Source: Cyanobacteria bacterium auto_48_18
GTDB taxonomy: Bacteria; Cyanobacteriota; Vampirovibrionia; Obscuribacterales; Obscuribacteraceae
Direction: 5' to 3'
DNA length: 64,000 nt
Assembly (NCBI GenBank): GCA_036170915.1
Contig: JAVHQC010000029.1
Span: 96,001-160,000, forward strand
The notes beneath the pieces are model-generated. The model made no database searches and was not told the origin of the DNA. It saw only the letters and a program-made list of their open reading frames with translations. The position numbers were made by a program, and so were the translations under genes. Shown here one piece after another: positions 47,351 through 56,737 of this stretch; position 1 is the first letter of the stretch; each line of letters starts with the position of its first letter.

Positions 47351-50300
47351 TTAGAATGAGAACAAGAACTCCAGGTCTTCCTGCGTAAGTTCTTTAGCCA
47401 CACTGTCGTCGCCGCCAATAATCAAATCGGCTAATTCTTTTTTCTTCTGTTGCAGAGCAAGAATCTTTTCTTCCACAGTGCCGCGCGTAATCAGCTTGTA
47501 GTTGAATACGTGTCTGGTCTGACCGATACGGTGCGCCCGGTCGGTGGCCTGGTTTTCTACAGCAGGGTTCCACCATGGGTCATAGTGAATGACATAATCT
47601 GCACCGGTTAAGTTGAGACCTGTGCCGCCGGCTTTCAAACTGATCAAGAATATTGGAATCGATGGTGTTTGGTTGAAGCGTTCCACACGATCAAGACGTT
47701 CTTTAGCTGGCGTCTGACCATCGAGATATTCGTAGGTATAGCCTTCTTTTTCCAGCGATTTGCGAATGATGGCGAGCATCTCCACGAACTGGCTGAAAAT
47801 AAGAATCTTGTGGCCTTCATCAACCACTTCGCCAATCATGTGCATCAGTGCATCAAGCTTGGCCGATTGATCAGTTACTTTTTCGCGATTCTTCAATAAT
47901 TTTGGATCGCAACACACCTGACGCAAACGCAGTAGCTCAGCAAGAATTGATATAGATGATCGCTTGATGCCGCGAGAAGCTACTTCATTGAAGACGCGCT
48001 GACGACACTCATCGAGCACATCAAGATAGAGCGAACGCTGCTCGTCATCAAATTCGCAAAGCTGAATAATGTCGGTTCTGTCGGGCAGATCTTTCTCTAC
48101 CTGACTCTTCAAGCGACGCAAAATAAACGGATGCACTGTTTTGCGCAACTTCATACCGGCGCCGTCGAGACCAGCTTCGATTGGTCGCTCAAATACTTCG
48201 TTGAAGTCTTTATATTGACCGAGAAAATCTGGCATAAGAAAATCGAAAAGCGACCACAATTCTTTCAGGCGGTTTTCTACCGGTGTACCTGACAGAGCCA
48301 GGCGGTGGAAGGCTTTGATGCTCTTGGCGGCGATGGCTCCGACTGACTCTGGGTTCTTGATGTTCTGCGCTTCATCAAGAATGAGAAACTCAAATTGAAG
48401 ATTTTTGAGCTGTTCATAGTCACGGCGAATGATACCGTATGTGGTGAAGATAACATGCGGCTTGTTGGTGCTATCTTTTCCAAGGCGCTTGAGTAGTTCT
48501 CCACGATCACGACCGAGGAACAGTGCCGTTTTCAAATCAGGGGTAAATTTAGAAGCTTCCGATAACCAGTTATAAACAACTGAAGTCGGCGCCACAACTA
48601 GAGCCGGTGCGCGGTCATTCTTACCCTTACCATTTTGATAGTGCTTGAGTAGCATGGCGAGAGTTTGAATAGTTTTACCCAGACCCATGTCGTCAGCGAG
48701 AATTCCGGCCAGTCCATATTCTCTTAAGAACATCAACCAGTTGCAGCCTTCTTTTTGATATTCGCGCAACTCGCCTTTGAAATCTTTGGGCAATTCAAAC
48801 GGTGGCAATTCTCTAAAATGATGAATCTTATGAATAAATTCCTGGAAGCCTTTGTCGGCTTGTACTGGAATTTCATGCGTTTCCAAAGCGTGCAAAATTC
48901 CCAGGGCCTGATAAAGAGGCCGGGCGCTGTCTTTGCTTTGGCCGATAGATTTGAGCAATCCCATCAGAGTTGGCGTAGGCACGCGCACAAATTGGCCATC
49001 TGAAAGTTTGAGATAACTGCGGTTTTTAAACAGCGCTTCGATTACCAGAGGGAAAGGTACTTCTTCATCGCCGGCTGAACACTGCAAATCAAAATCAAAC
49101 TTGTAAGATTCTTTCTTCAACGAAAGCTTGGCGTTTAGTGCGAGCTCTTCTTTGCGCACACGGTAAAAAGCTAGTTGGTCCCAACCGGCGGTGTCCCAGT
49201 CTTGGGCTTGCTCTGAAGACAGATGGAAGAGCGCATCAAGTGCAGGTTCTTCCACAAAAGAAAAACGATCGGCGATGGTGCGAATCGGCATCATGTTGGT
49301 GAGGAAGCGGCGCACCTGTGTTTCAGGTTCCCACTGTCTTTCTACCCAGACACTTTGACCTACTTCTGAAATGGTGCGGGTAAACTTTTCCGATTCTACA
49401 GCACTGGTCTCGTCGCGCGATTGCAAAACGAGATCGCCATAGCGAAATCCGAGAGAAATCTCCAGACTAGAAGCGTCTTGCGCAGGTTTTTTAGAAGCTG
49501 CAGCAGAATTACCGTGCGACGAAATAATTGAATTACCGGCTGCTCCCGGCAATTTGCGCTCAGAAAGTTTGATCACCACCTGTGGTGGCTCAGTAATTGC
49601 CACAGGGAAGGGTGCTGCACTTTCATCAAGCACAACTGGCATACGCTTTTTCAAAACCGGCAGATCAACCGAAAGGAATTTCGGCACCACTTCTAGCTTG
49701 ACCACCATGTAGCCAAACGAATCAAAGTACTGGAAAGAGCGATGGATAGCACTTAAATCGATAGGATAGAAAGTGTTGTTGGACAAAATCCAGCTAGATG
49801 CGCCCATGAAGAAAACAGGGTGCTCGACTGCTTCGCCTTCTTCGGTCACGCCTTCAAGGCGCAACATTAGCTCTCCGCTTTCGGTTTCAGAAAGCACTGC
49901 TCGTGGTGAAAGAGCTTTGTCTGAAAATTGCACCAGCTCATTAGTGGTGGTGTTAGTCAATTTGCAGCAAAGGCTCAGGTGACCAATGACAGTACCTTCG
50001 TCGCCGCGCGGAATGCGGTGACCGCCGGCCGGGCCCTTGGTGGTTTGCGGCAGCGAAGTTAGATATTTAGCCAGTCTTTGAATGCGTGAATCGGGTGGCA
50101 ATGTAGGCACCACTTCCGCCGGCACTTTTAAAATATTGACTTTGCCTTGCGGTTCGTTGGGCACGACACCCACAATCATTGCCAGAGGCTTTTCCAAAAC
50201 TAAAAGCCCAAGTTCAAAATCACGTTCGTCAGCGACAACCCCTTCTTCGCGCGGATCATCAAGCAATTCTTTGGCGCGCGGCCCTTTTTCTTGTGGGCTC

Positions 50301-50650
50301 TCACGCTTTTGTTCATCGGCCATATCAAATCTGATGCCTGGATTATGTCTGGCTATATGAGTCAGAACCACGGCAACAGAGTGTTTGCAGACATCTTCGA
50401 AATAAGGGCAAGAGCAAGCGGCGCGAAAAACGCTGGGCGAATCGATATCAACGACAATTTTGTAGGCGTCTTTTTCTGAGCCGATTACCAGCGCTTCAAT
50501 GTTTGCGCCGTCATCGCTTTCAGAATATTTGAGCACCTTTTTGCGACGGTAGTATTGAACTCCCCGCCGATAGACTGGTTCACTGCTGGCCTCTTGAAGG
50601 GCAGAAAGTGAGAGTGAAAGTTTTTTTCCAGATCCCGATATTTGCTTCAT
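47351..50650 (-). CDS. SWIM zinc finger plus SNF2-family helicase/ATPase
   Basis: SWIM CSCP....CKH. LREYQ, LADDMGLGKT, DEAQNIKN, LSGTPVEN, LRRLK, FSQF, SLKAGGTGLNL, DPWWNPAVENQATDRAHRIGQ. Confidence 0.95.
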   Translation of the reverse strand: MKQISGSGKKLSLSLSALQEASSEPVYRRGVQYYRRKKVLKYSESDDGANIEALVIGSEKDAYKIVVDIDSPSVFRAACSCPYFEDVCKHSVAVVLTHIARHNPGIRFDMADEQKRESPQEKGPRAKELLDDPREEGVVADERDFELGLLVLEKPLAMIVGVVPNEPQGKVNILKVPAEVVPTLPPDSRIQRLAKYLTSLPQTTKGPAGGHRIPRGDEGTVIGHLSLCCKLTNTTTNELVQFSDKALSPRAVLSETESGELMLRLEGVTEEGEAVEHPVFFMGASSWILSNNTFYPIDLSAIHRSFQYFDSFGYMVVKLEVVPKFLSVDLPVLKKRMPVVLDESAAPFPVAITEPPQVVIKLSERKLPGAAGNSIISSHGNSAAASKKPAQDASSLEISLGFRYGDLVLQSRDETSAVESEKFTRTISEVGQSVWVERQWEPETQVRRFLTNMMPIRTIADRFSFVEEPALDALFHLSSEQAQDWDTAGWDQLAFYRVRKEELALNAKLSLKKESYKFDFDLQCSAGDEEVPFPLVIEALFKNRSYLKLSDGQFVRVPTPTLMGLLKSIGQSKDSARPLYQALGILHALETHEIPVQADKGFQEFIHKIHHFRELPPFELPKDFKGELREYQKEGCNWLMFLREYGLAGILADDMGLGKTIQTLAMLLKHYQNGKGKNDRAPALVVAPTSVVYNWLSEASKFTPDLKTALFLGRDRGELLKRLGKDSTNKPHVIFTTYGIIRRDYEQLKNLQFEFLILDEAQNIKNPESVGAIAAKSIKAFHRLALSGTPVENRLKELWSLFDFLMPDFLGQYKDFNEVFERPIEAGLDGAGMKLRKTVHPFILRRLKSQVEKDLPDRTDIIQLCEFDDEQRSLYLDVLDECRQRVFNEVASRGIKRSSISILAELLRLRQVCCDPKLLKNREKVTDQSAKLDALMHMIGEVVDEGHKILIFSQFVEMLAIIRKSLEKEGYTYEYLDGQTPAKERLDRVERFNQTPSIPIFLISLKAGGTGLNLTGADYVIHYDPWWNPAVENQATDRAHRIGQTRHVFNYKLITRGTVEEKILALQQKKKELADLIIGGDDSVAKELTQEDLEFLFSF

Positions 50651-50822
50651 GCAAAATTAGCCTTGGAAGGGCAATCTCCGTCTTTGAAATCGACGGTTTC
50701 ACCACCTAAATAAGAGCAAATGACCGCTCGGAGCGGTGATTGCAGCTTTCCTTCGCGAAAGCTTGGTGAACAGAATTAGCTTAGCACGACTTAGAGCCTT
50801 CTTGAGAAGGCCACGGCCCATA

Positions 50823-52046
50823 TTAGTGCGGGCTCATATCAATGATGTCAGCGTTGGCCGCTTGCTGTGGCTGCTGAGGTGCATGAGCGACCGGAGCCGG
50901 TGCTACGGAAGGTGTGCGGGTGAAGGCCCCTTCGACAATGCGTTTCATTTCCACTTGTCTTTCTTCGAGAGAGTTGCAATAGTCGTGGAGAATGTTGGCC
51001 TGACTGCGCAAGGCCGTGGCGTTATCTGACAAATCAGGAATTAAGATTTCTATTTCTTCAAGAATTGAAGAGGGCGGGCTGGCCACTGGTCTAATGCGCA
51101 CATGCGAAACCACTTGCCCAGACGCATTGGCCATATTGGCCGCTTCTTTGCTGTTGGCGGGCACTGAAAAATTGCCGCTCTGACTCATACTTCCGGCCAG
51201 CGCGTCTCGCAAACGCTCAAGATTTTGCTTCAGACCCACAGCCCGGCGATAAGCTTGATCGGCTTCTTTCTCCAGCCAAACTTTGCGAGCTTTTTGAGTA
51301 GCCAGCTCGTTGCTCAGATGCTCGAGCGCCTTTTTGCGAATATCTAATTCGCGCCTGACGTGTTCCACTTCTTTCTGTTTGAGCTCAAGGCCGCGCCGGC
51401 GCAGATAAACCAGAAGCAATATCACCAGAGAAAAGCCCACTGAAGCCATGGAAATATAGAAGTAGCCGCGCTTAGCGCCTGACATTTCAGCCACACCGGT
51501 GACCAGAAAATTACCGATGTCTTCAGCGAAAGGTGGCGGAGGGCTGCGTAAATAATAGATGCGTCCCAAGATTTTGCCGCGTACTTTTGCGCCGGTGGCT
51601 TTGGCTTTTTCTTCCCGCGGTGAGGCGTGCGAATAAAGCGGTTCTAGCTGCGGCGGGTCGGTAATCAAGTCGAAGGGTTCAGAGTCATGAGCCAGGCCCT
51701 CGGCGGTGGCGTCTTTTTGCCACGACTGCCGATGATAAATTTTGTCTGTTCTATAAAGAACGTTTTCGCCGGACGGGTCTGTAACAATCAGACCGAACAA
51801 TCCGTAGCTGCTATCAAGAGTTTTCTGTATCAGGTCGTCGCGGCCTTCCTGAATCATGGCCGAGAGAGTGGCCGGCAAAGTGTGGTGAAGCAAATTAAAA
51901 TCGGTGGTTTGCACCCGGGCTATAGTGCCCTGCCAATAGCTCTGATAGTGAATAGAGCACAGGGTCAGCCAAATCACTATACCGGCCATACAAACAGCTG
52001 GCACGAGTATGCGATTGCGAAGCGATAGCAGAATCTTATCCATCAA
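50823..52046 (-). CDS. membrane protein: TM, extracytoplasmic domain, TM, cytoplasmic coiled coil
   Basis: Two TM segments around a ~160-aa domain, then a heptad-rich region. No kinase or cyclase motif seen. Confidence 0.7.
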   Translation of the reverse strand: MMDKILLSLRNRILVPAVCMAGIVIWLTLCSIHYQSYWQGTIARVQTTDFNLLHHTLPATLSAMIQEGRDDLIQKTLDSSYGLFGLIVTDPSGENVLYRTDKIYHRQSWQKDATAEGLAHDSEPFDLITDPPQLEPLYSHASPREEKAKATGAKVRGKILGRIYYLRSPPPPFAEDIGNFLVTGVAEMSGAKRGYFYISMASVGFSLVILLLVYLRRRGLELKQKEVEHVRRELDIRKKALEHLSNELATQKARKVWLEKEADQAYRRAVGLKQNLERLRDALAGSMSQSGNFSVPANSKEAANMANASGQVVSHVRIRPVASPPSSILEEIEILIPDLSDNATALRSQANILHDYCNSLEERQVEMKRIVEGAFTRTPSVAPAPVAHAPQQPQQAANADIIDMSPH

Positions 52047-52332
52047 ACGCGAGTCTACACCCGCGTGTATCTGATGTACATACGGGTTTTCCCAGGGCTA
52101 AAGATTTTTTTTGCCGCTGCCTGGGCTTTTTCGAACTTTTCCAAAAGATGTTGATGATCGAATACAAAAAGACGTTTATAAGTCACAAAGATTTGGGTAT
52201 TAATACCTCGTGGACGAAAGCTCTCACGGAGGAATCGGTTAGAGCCCAACTTGGTCAAAACCTTGTGTCTACTACAAACCCAAACGGGAAATACCACCAC
52301 TAGGTGGCTACATATTCGAACATATGTTCAAT

Positions 52333-52357
52333 AAGCCGGGCGCTCGTCGCCCGGCTT
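52333..52357. other. perfect 10-bp GC-rich hairpin in a divergent intergenic region
   Basis: AAGCCGGGCG-CTCGT-CGCCCGGCTT. Confidence 0.6.
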
Positions 52358-52538
52358 CTGTTATGCCACCATATACGGTTGCACATTTGTTCACAACAAG
52401 TGATAACTGTTTTCAAGGGTGGTGTAAAACAGGAAACAAAATCTTTTCGAGTCCGTCAGACCAACAATATCAAGAGACGGTCTTGCGCTAAAATCAAAAC
52501 TACTTTTAAAACTTCGCTTTGACTTACGGATTAATTAA

Positions 52539-54323
52539 ATGACCGCGGCGCCCGACAGCCAGGAATCAACACAGCAAGCCTCGCCAGTCAGACTGGGCGA
52601 CTTGCTTACAGGTGCTGGCCTGCTCAAGGCTGAAGACCTTCGCCAGGCGATGATTATCGCCAAAACTCAGTCGCTGCCTGTGGGCCGCGTTCTGATTATG
52701 TCTGGATTTATTATTGAGCCCCATTTGCAGGCCGCAGTGCAAGCACAGTCAATGCTGAAAGATGGCTTGATTGATTTAGAAACCGCTCTCGGCAGCTTGC
52801 GAGTGATATCGCGCGATAGTGTTCAGCTTGACCAGGCTCTATCAAAAATGGGCTGGGCCCAACCAGTCAACCAGGTCACAAACAAACTGGGCGAATTATT
52901 ATTTGAGGCAGGCATAGTTACCAGAGCTCAACTAGAGCAGGCTCTTGTACAAGGTGAAAGCAGCGGATTGCCGCTTGGCCGAGTGCTTGTGATTAATGGC
53001 ATGCTCTCAGAACAATTACTCTCATCAACTTTAAATGCGCAAATTCTTGTGCGCGATAAAAGGGTCACCCGCGAGCAGGCAATCTCAAGCTTGAAAGCGG
53101 CACTGATTAGACAGGTTCCGTTTGAACAACATCTGGAAGAAACCGGTGTCAGCCTTCACCCTGCTAGTGAGACGGTTCGTCTGGGCGAACTTCTGGTAAT
53201 GGCTAAATTGCTTGACGAAGAGAAGTTGATGCAAGCGGTGGAATTAGGCCTGGTGAACGAACAGCCAATCGGTCAGGTGCTGGTCAAAAACGGCATGGTG
53301 AGCGAAAATGTGCTGACCACAGCCCTCTCTATTCAAAGCATGGTGGTCAAAGGCGAGCTGCGCAAGAGCCAGAGCGGGCGCGTACTTGAGCTCGTTAATC
53401 ACGAACGTATTTCGCTTGCTGAAGCAGTGGAAAGAGTACAACCTACTCCTCCACGCGATGCCACTAACTTGCCGCTCTATCAGTTTTTGCAATTGGCTGG
53501 TGTAATCGGCCCCAAAGACATTGAAGAAGCGCTTAAGATGGGCTCGCGCGACACTACCCTGATGGGGCAGATGTTGATGATGACCGGCGCGCTTGATCAA
53601 AATCTTCTCGGCATTGCCATGAAATGCTCGCATCTAATGGAACGGGGAATTTTAAAGACAGAACAAGCTGTTATTGCTCTGGGTATTTGCTGGAAGAGCA
53701 AAGCCAGCCTGGAAGACGCCTTCAAACAACTGGGCTGGAGTTCGGCTATCATCACATCCAGCGCACCTTCAGCGCCAGCCTTGCCGCCTACCTACAGCCC
53801 GCCAGCGGCTGAAACTCCGGTGGCATCGCCTCAAGTTCAACAAGTTCAACAAATTCAACAATCACCGCGAGTCACCCAAGCTCCTGCAGCTCTGATTCCT
53901 GAGGCCGTAGCTCCAGCACAATCACCGCAAGCACAAGCCCCTGTGCCAGCACCGCAACCAGCAGTTCAGAATTTGTCTGAGACCATGGCTCCACCTTCAA
54001 TGCAGTCGGGCAGTCACGCCACGGCCAAACCTTCAAAATTCGACCAGGCAATTTCAGGGCGCAAAAGTACCTCTAATTCTTCCGCCACAGCTCACAATTT
54101 ACCGGCCATGCCGGTAGGCCAGACGCTCAGTGTTGAGCAAGGCTTACAGCCATATGATACAGGTGAAATGTCGCCCATTCGCAAGAGGGAAGAGGCCGAA
54201 GCCGCAGCACGAGCCCACGCTGAGGCGACGGAAACCGGCTCTAACCCAACAGTGACCGACGGTGACACCACATCTGGTGCGCCTAAGCCTGCCAAAAAAC
54301 GGCTAGCGGATCTAATTCCATAG
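52539..54323 (+). CDS. protein with four tandem MshEN/GSPII_N-like modules and a Pro/Gln-rich tail
   Basis: RLGDLL..AGLL, KLGELL.EAGIV...LEQAL.Q..LGRVL..G, RLGELLV.A.LL...IGQVL..G, and a degenerate fourth module. No Walker motifs. Confidence 0.75.
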   Translation: MTAAPDSQESTQQASPVRLGDLLTGAGLLKAEDLRQAMIIAKTQSLPVGRVLIMSGFIIEPHLQAAVQAQSMLKDGLIDLETALGSLRVISRDSVQLDQALSKMGWAQPVNQVTNKLGELLFEAGIVTRAQLEQALVQGESSGLPLGRVLVINGMLSEQLLSSTLNAQILVRDKRVTREQAISSLKAALIRQVPFEQHLEETGVSLHPASETVRLGELLVMAKLLDEEKLMQAVELGLVNEQPIGQVLVKNGMVSENVLTTALSIQSMVVKGELRKSQSGRVLELVNHERISLAEAVERVQPTPPRDATNLPLYQFLQLAGVIGPKDIEEALKMGSRDTTLMGQMLMMTGALDQNLLGIAMKCSHLMERGILKTEQAVIALGICWKSKASLEDAFKQLGWSSAIITSSAPSAPALPPTYSPPAAETPVASPQVQQVQQIQQSPRVTQAPAALIPEAVAPAQSPQAQAPVPAPQPAVQNLSETMAPPSMQSGSHATAKPSKFDQAISGRKSTSNSSATAHNLPAMPVGQTLSVEQGLQPYDTGEMSPIRKREEAEAAARAHAEATETGSNPTVTDGDTTSGAPKPAKKRLADLIP

Positions 54324-54337
54324 CGTCTTATCTTTAA

Positions 54338-54373
54338 CATCTTCTGCAGCATCTTCTGCCACATTTTTTGCCA
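54338..54373. repeat. three degenerate 12-bp tandem repeats
   Basis: CATCTTCTGCAG / CATCTTCTGCCA / CATTTTTTGCCA. Confidence 0.6.
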
Positions 54374-54577
54374 CCACCTTTGGTGCGCCGACAGATACCA
54401 AAGCCAGTTTCCAAGACGGCGCACGCACAGTGACTGCTGTTGAGATCAAGATGCAGATTTTATGAAATTTCCTCAACAATACATTTGCATATGGTATGAA
54501 TATCAAATCAAATCCAACCATCTACGATCTAATAAGATCCGCACCCAGACTAAATACTGTGTTGCATAGGAGAGTTC

Positions 54578-55189
54578 ATGCTTCAACAAAAGATTTCATA
54601 CAAGCCTTACCCAGTTCAGGACTTCAAACACCTGCTTGGTCTAACCGGCATCTCAGACAAAACTTTGGAAATTCACTTCAAGCTTTATGCTGGTTATGTC
54701 AAGAATACAAATGACCTGAACGAAAAAATCATCGAGCTGACAGAAGCCGGCAAAAGCGGTTCGCTCGAATACTCTGAACTCAAGCGTCGTTATGGCTTTG
54801 AATACAATGGCATGAGACTGCATGAATACTATTTCGGCAACCTCAAACCAGGCGGCAGCGAACTTAAAGAAACCAGCGCTCTCGGTAAACTGATTACCGA
54901 AACCTATTCTTCAATCGAAGTTTGGAAAAACGATTTCTTCAAAGTTGGCACCATGCGCGGCGTTGGCTGGGCTGTATTGTTCCAAGACCCTTTCACCAAA
55001 ACACTTTCAAATCACTGGATCACCTTGCACGAAGAAGGCAACATCGCCGGCTTCCAGCCTATTCTGGTAATGGACGTTTGGGAGCATGCATTCTTGCTCG
55101 ATTACGTTCCAGCTGATCGTCCTAAGTACATTGAAGCTTTCTACAGCAACATTGACTGGGAAAAAGTGGAAGCTAGACTACTCAAATAG
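54578..55189 (+). CDS. Fe/Mn superoxide dismutase family protein (divergent, ChrC-like)
   Basis: IHFKLY.GYV.N.N, NGMRLHEYYF.NL, G.GWA.L, DVWEHAF..DY, IDW..V..R. AGGAG RBS. Confidence 0.85.
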   Translation: MLQQKISYKPYPVQDFKHLLGLTGISDKTLEIHFKLYAGYVKNTNDLNEKIIELTEAGKSGSLEYSELKRRYGFEYNGMRLHEYYFGNLKPGGSELKETSALGKLITETYSSIEVWKNDFFKVGTMRGVGWAVLFQDPFTKTLSNHWITLHEEGNIAGFQPILVMDVWEHAFLLDYVPADRPKYIEAFYSNIDWEKVEARLLK

Positions 55190-55232
55190 TCAGCGTCACA
55201 AAAACTAGTTCGTTAAAATAAGCGATATTGCG

Positions 55233-55263
55233 AAAGAGCGGGAATTTTATTTCCGCTCTTTTT
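55233..55263 (+). terminator. intrinsic terminator after the SOD gene
   Basis: AAAGAGCGGGA...TTCCGCTCTTTTT. Confidence 0.8.
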
Positions 55264-55413
55264 GCTTCTATGGCTTGCCCTGAGAGGCTATGCAAACTAT
55301 GTGGGTAGCCTTAAAAATATCCAATTATAAAAACAGACTGGGCCCCGAGACAGGCCCCCTTGAGAACAGTAAAATACTGACTGGTTCTCGAATTTACAAA
55401 AGGCTCGCCGCTT

Positions 55414-56358
55414 ATGAAAGACAGCACTTCAGCTACAACCGCAACAAATTTCACAGCACCGCTGGAAGAATTTGTCGCCGAGCCCCTAGATATCGACGAA
55501 GTTCACGCCTTCGCCAGTTACTCAGAAGATGACGACATTGACGATCTTGACCATGGCGATCCGGTTGATAGCTGGTCATATGAAGTACCGCGTCCCTGGC
55601 TGACCATGGAGCAGGCGGCAAGCATATTGGGACGCTCAGCAAGAGGCGTTGAACGCTCAATTTTAGGGAAATGGGGCAATCACTTGCCCGAAGGTTGGAG
55701 TGCCAGACGCGTTCGCATAGACGGTCTAGATGAATGGAGAATCGTTCCACCACCCGGATTTAGAATCAAACACAACCGCCGCGACCAGAAAGTCGAAACA
55801 AGCGCCGCCACAGTCAATACTAATATTGCCGATGTGGTTGCTAGCCCGCTGAATGCTGAGCAAGGCCCGACCAAAGAAGCAGATGCTCAGTCTGGCAGTG
55901 TGACGTCCTCAACCACGCCAAAATCTCGCCGCAGAGAAGAGCTGCTTGATGAGCCGTTTTCGCTAGAGAAGTTTTTGCAAAGTGCCGGGCGCATGGCCCA
56001 AAAAGAATTAGCGTCGTTTGGTATTTCAGTCAGACCTACGGTAGAACGCGCTGTAGATGCTGATGTCGAGCATGCCACCATTGTTATCGACCGCTCCGAC
56101 GAAGTAGAAAAATTGCTTCGTGAATTGTCTAATACTCAAAAGGAACTGGCAGAGCAAAGGCGCATGCATCTAGAAGATTTGCGAGCCATGAAAGAAATGC
56201 AAAGTTCTCTTCTGCTGCTTGAAGTGCGTGCCAAAGAAACAAGTGAACTCAAGCAAGATCTCACTTTAGCTCAGCAAGCATTAAAAGAACATCGCACTCA
56301 GTATCAAGAATTTCTAGCTCTGCCGTGGTACAAAAGGCTATTCTCGAAACTACCTTAA
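55414..56358 (+). CDS. hypothetical protein: HTH-like motif, coiled coil and amphipathic C-terminus
   Basis: WLTMEQAASILGRSARGVER (excisionase/MerR-like HTH pattern), heptads at aa ~230-300, LPWYKRLF tail. Confidence 0.65.
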   Translation: MKDSTSATTATNFTAPLEEFVAEPLDIDEVHAFASYSEDDDIDDLDHGDPVDSWSYEVPRPWLTMEQAASILGRSARGVERSILGKWGNHLPEGWSARRVRIDGLDEWRIVPPPGFRIKHNRRDQKVETSAATVNTNIADVVASPLNAEQGPTKEADAQSGSVTSSTTPKSRRREELLDEPFSLEKFLQSAGRMAQKELASFGISVRPTVERAVDADVEHATIVIDRSDEVEKLLRELSNTQKELAEQRRMHLEDLRAMKEMQSSLLLLEVRAKETSELKQDLTLAQQALKEHRTQYQEFLALPWYKRLFSKLP

Positions 56359-56373
56359 TTAGAGGAGTTAGCT

Positions 56374-56724
56374 GTGGCTGAAACTACTGATAAGCGCTTC
56401 AAAATAACTTATTGCACTTCATGCGGCTATCGTGACCGTGCCGTTCAACTGTCAGACCTACTAGAAAAAGATTCATCAGATCAGTGCACACTGGTACCCT
56501 CTGAAGGTGGCGTCTTTGAAGTTGAAGACAATGGTGTTTTACTTTTTTCAAAGAACAACACCGGCCGTTTCCCTGAAGAAGGTGAAGTGTTGGCCATCAT
56601 CAGAAACGTAAAAAACGGACAAACTCTAGAGGACGCACAAACGAATGCAGCCAACGATGCGGGTCACAGTGGTGGAGTGCTCGACTGGATCTACAGTCTC
56701 TTCAGAGCTCCGTCACAAAAATAA
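56374..56724 (+). CDS. Rdx (SelT/SelW/SelH) family protein, Cys form
   Basis: ITYCTSCGY, GGVFEV, FSK...GRFPE. GAGGAG RBS. Confidence 0.85.
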   Translation: MAETTDKRFKITYCTSCGYRDRAVQLSDLLEKDSSDQCTLVPSEGGVFEVEDNGVLLFSKNNTGRFPEEGEVLAIIRNVKNGQTLEDAQTNAANDAGHSGGVLDWIYSLFRAPSQK

Positions 56725-56737
56725 GTCGGAGAACACA

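Noticed and set aside
47351..50650. SNF2 helicase as part of an anti-phage defence system
   Set aside because: This is the typical solitary SWIM-SNF2 architecture, with no neighbouring methylase, nuclease or other defence gene.
52070..52225. Hammerhead ribozyme (CTGATG... and GAAA present)
   Set aside because: There is no intact CUGANGA core with properly placed stems.
56374..56724. Selenoprotein
   Set aside because: The motif is CxxC with normal Cys codons and there is no in-frame TGA.
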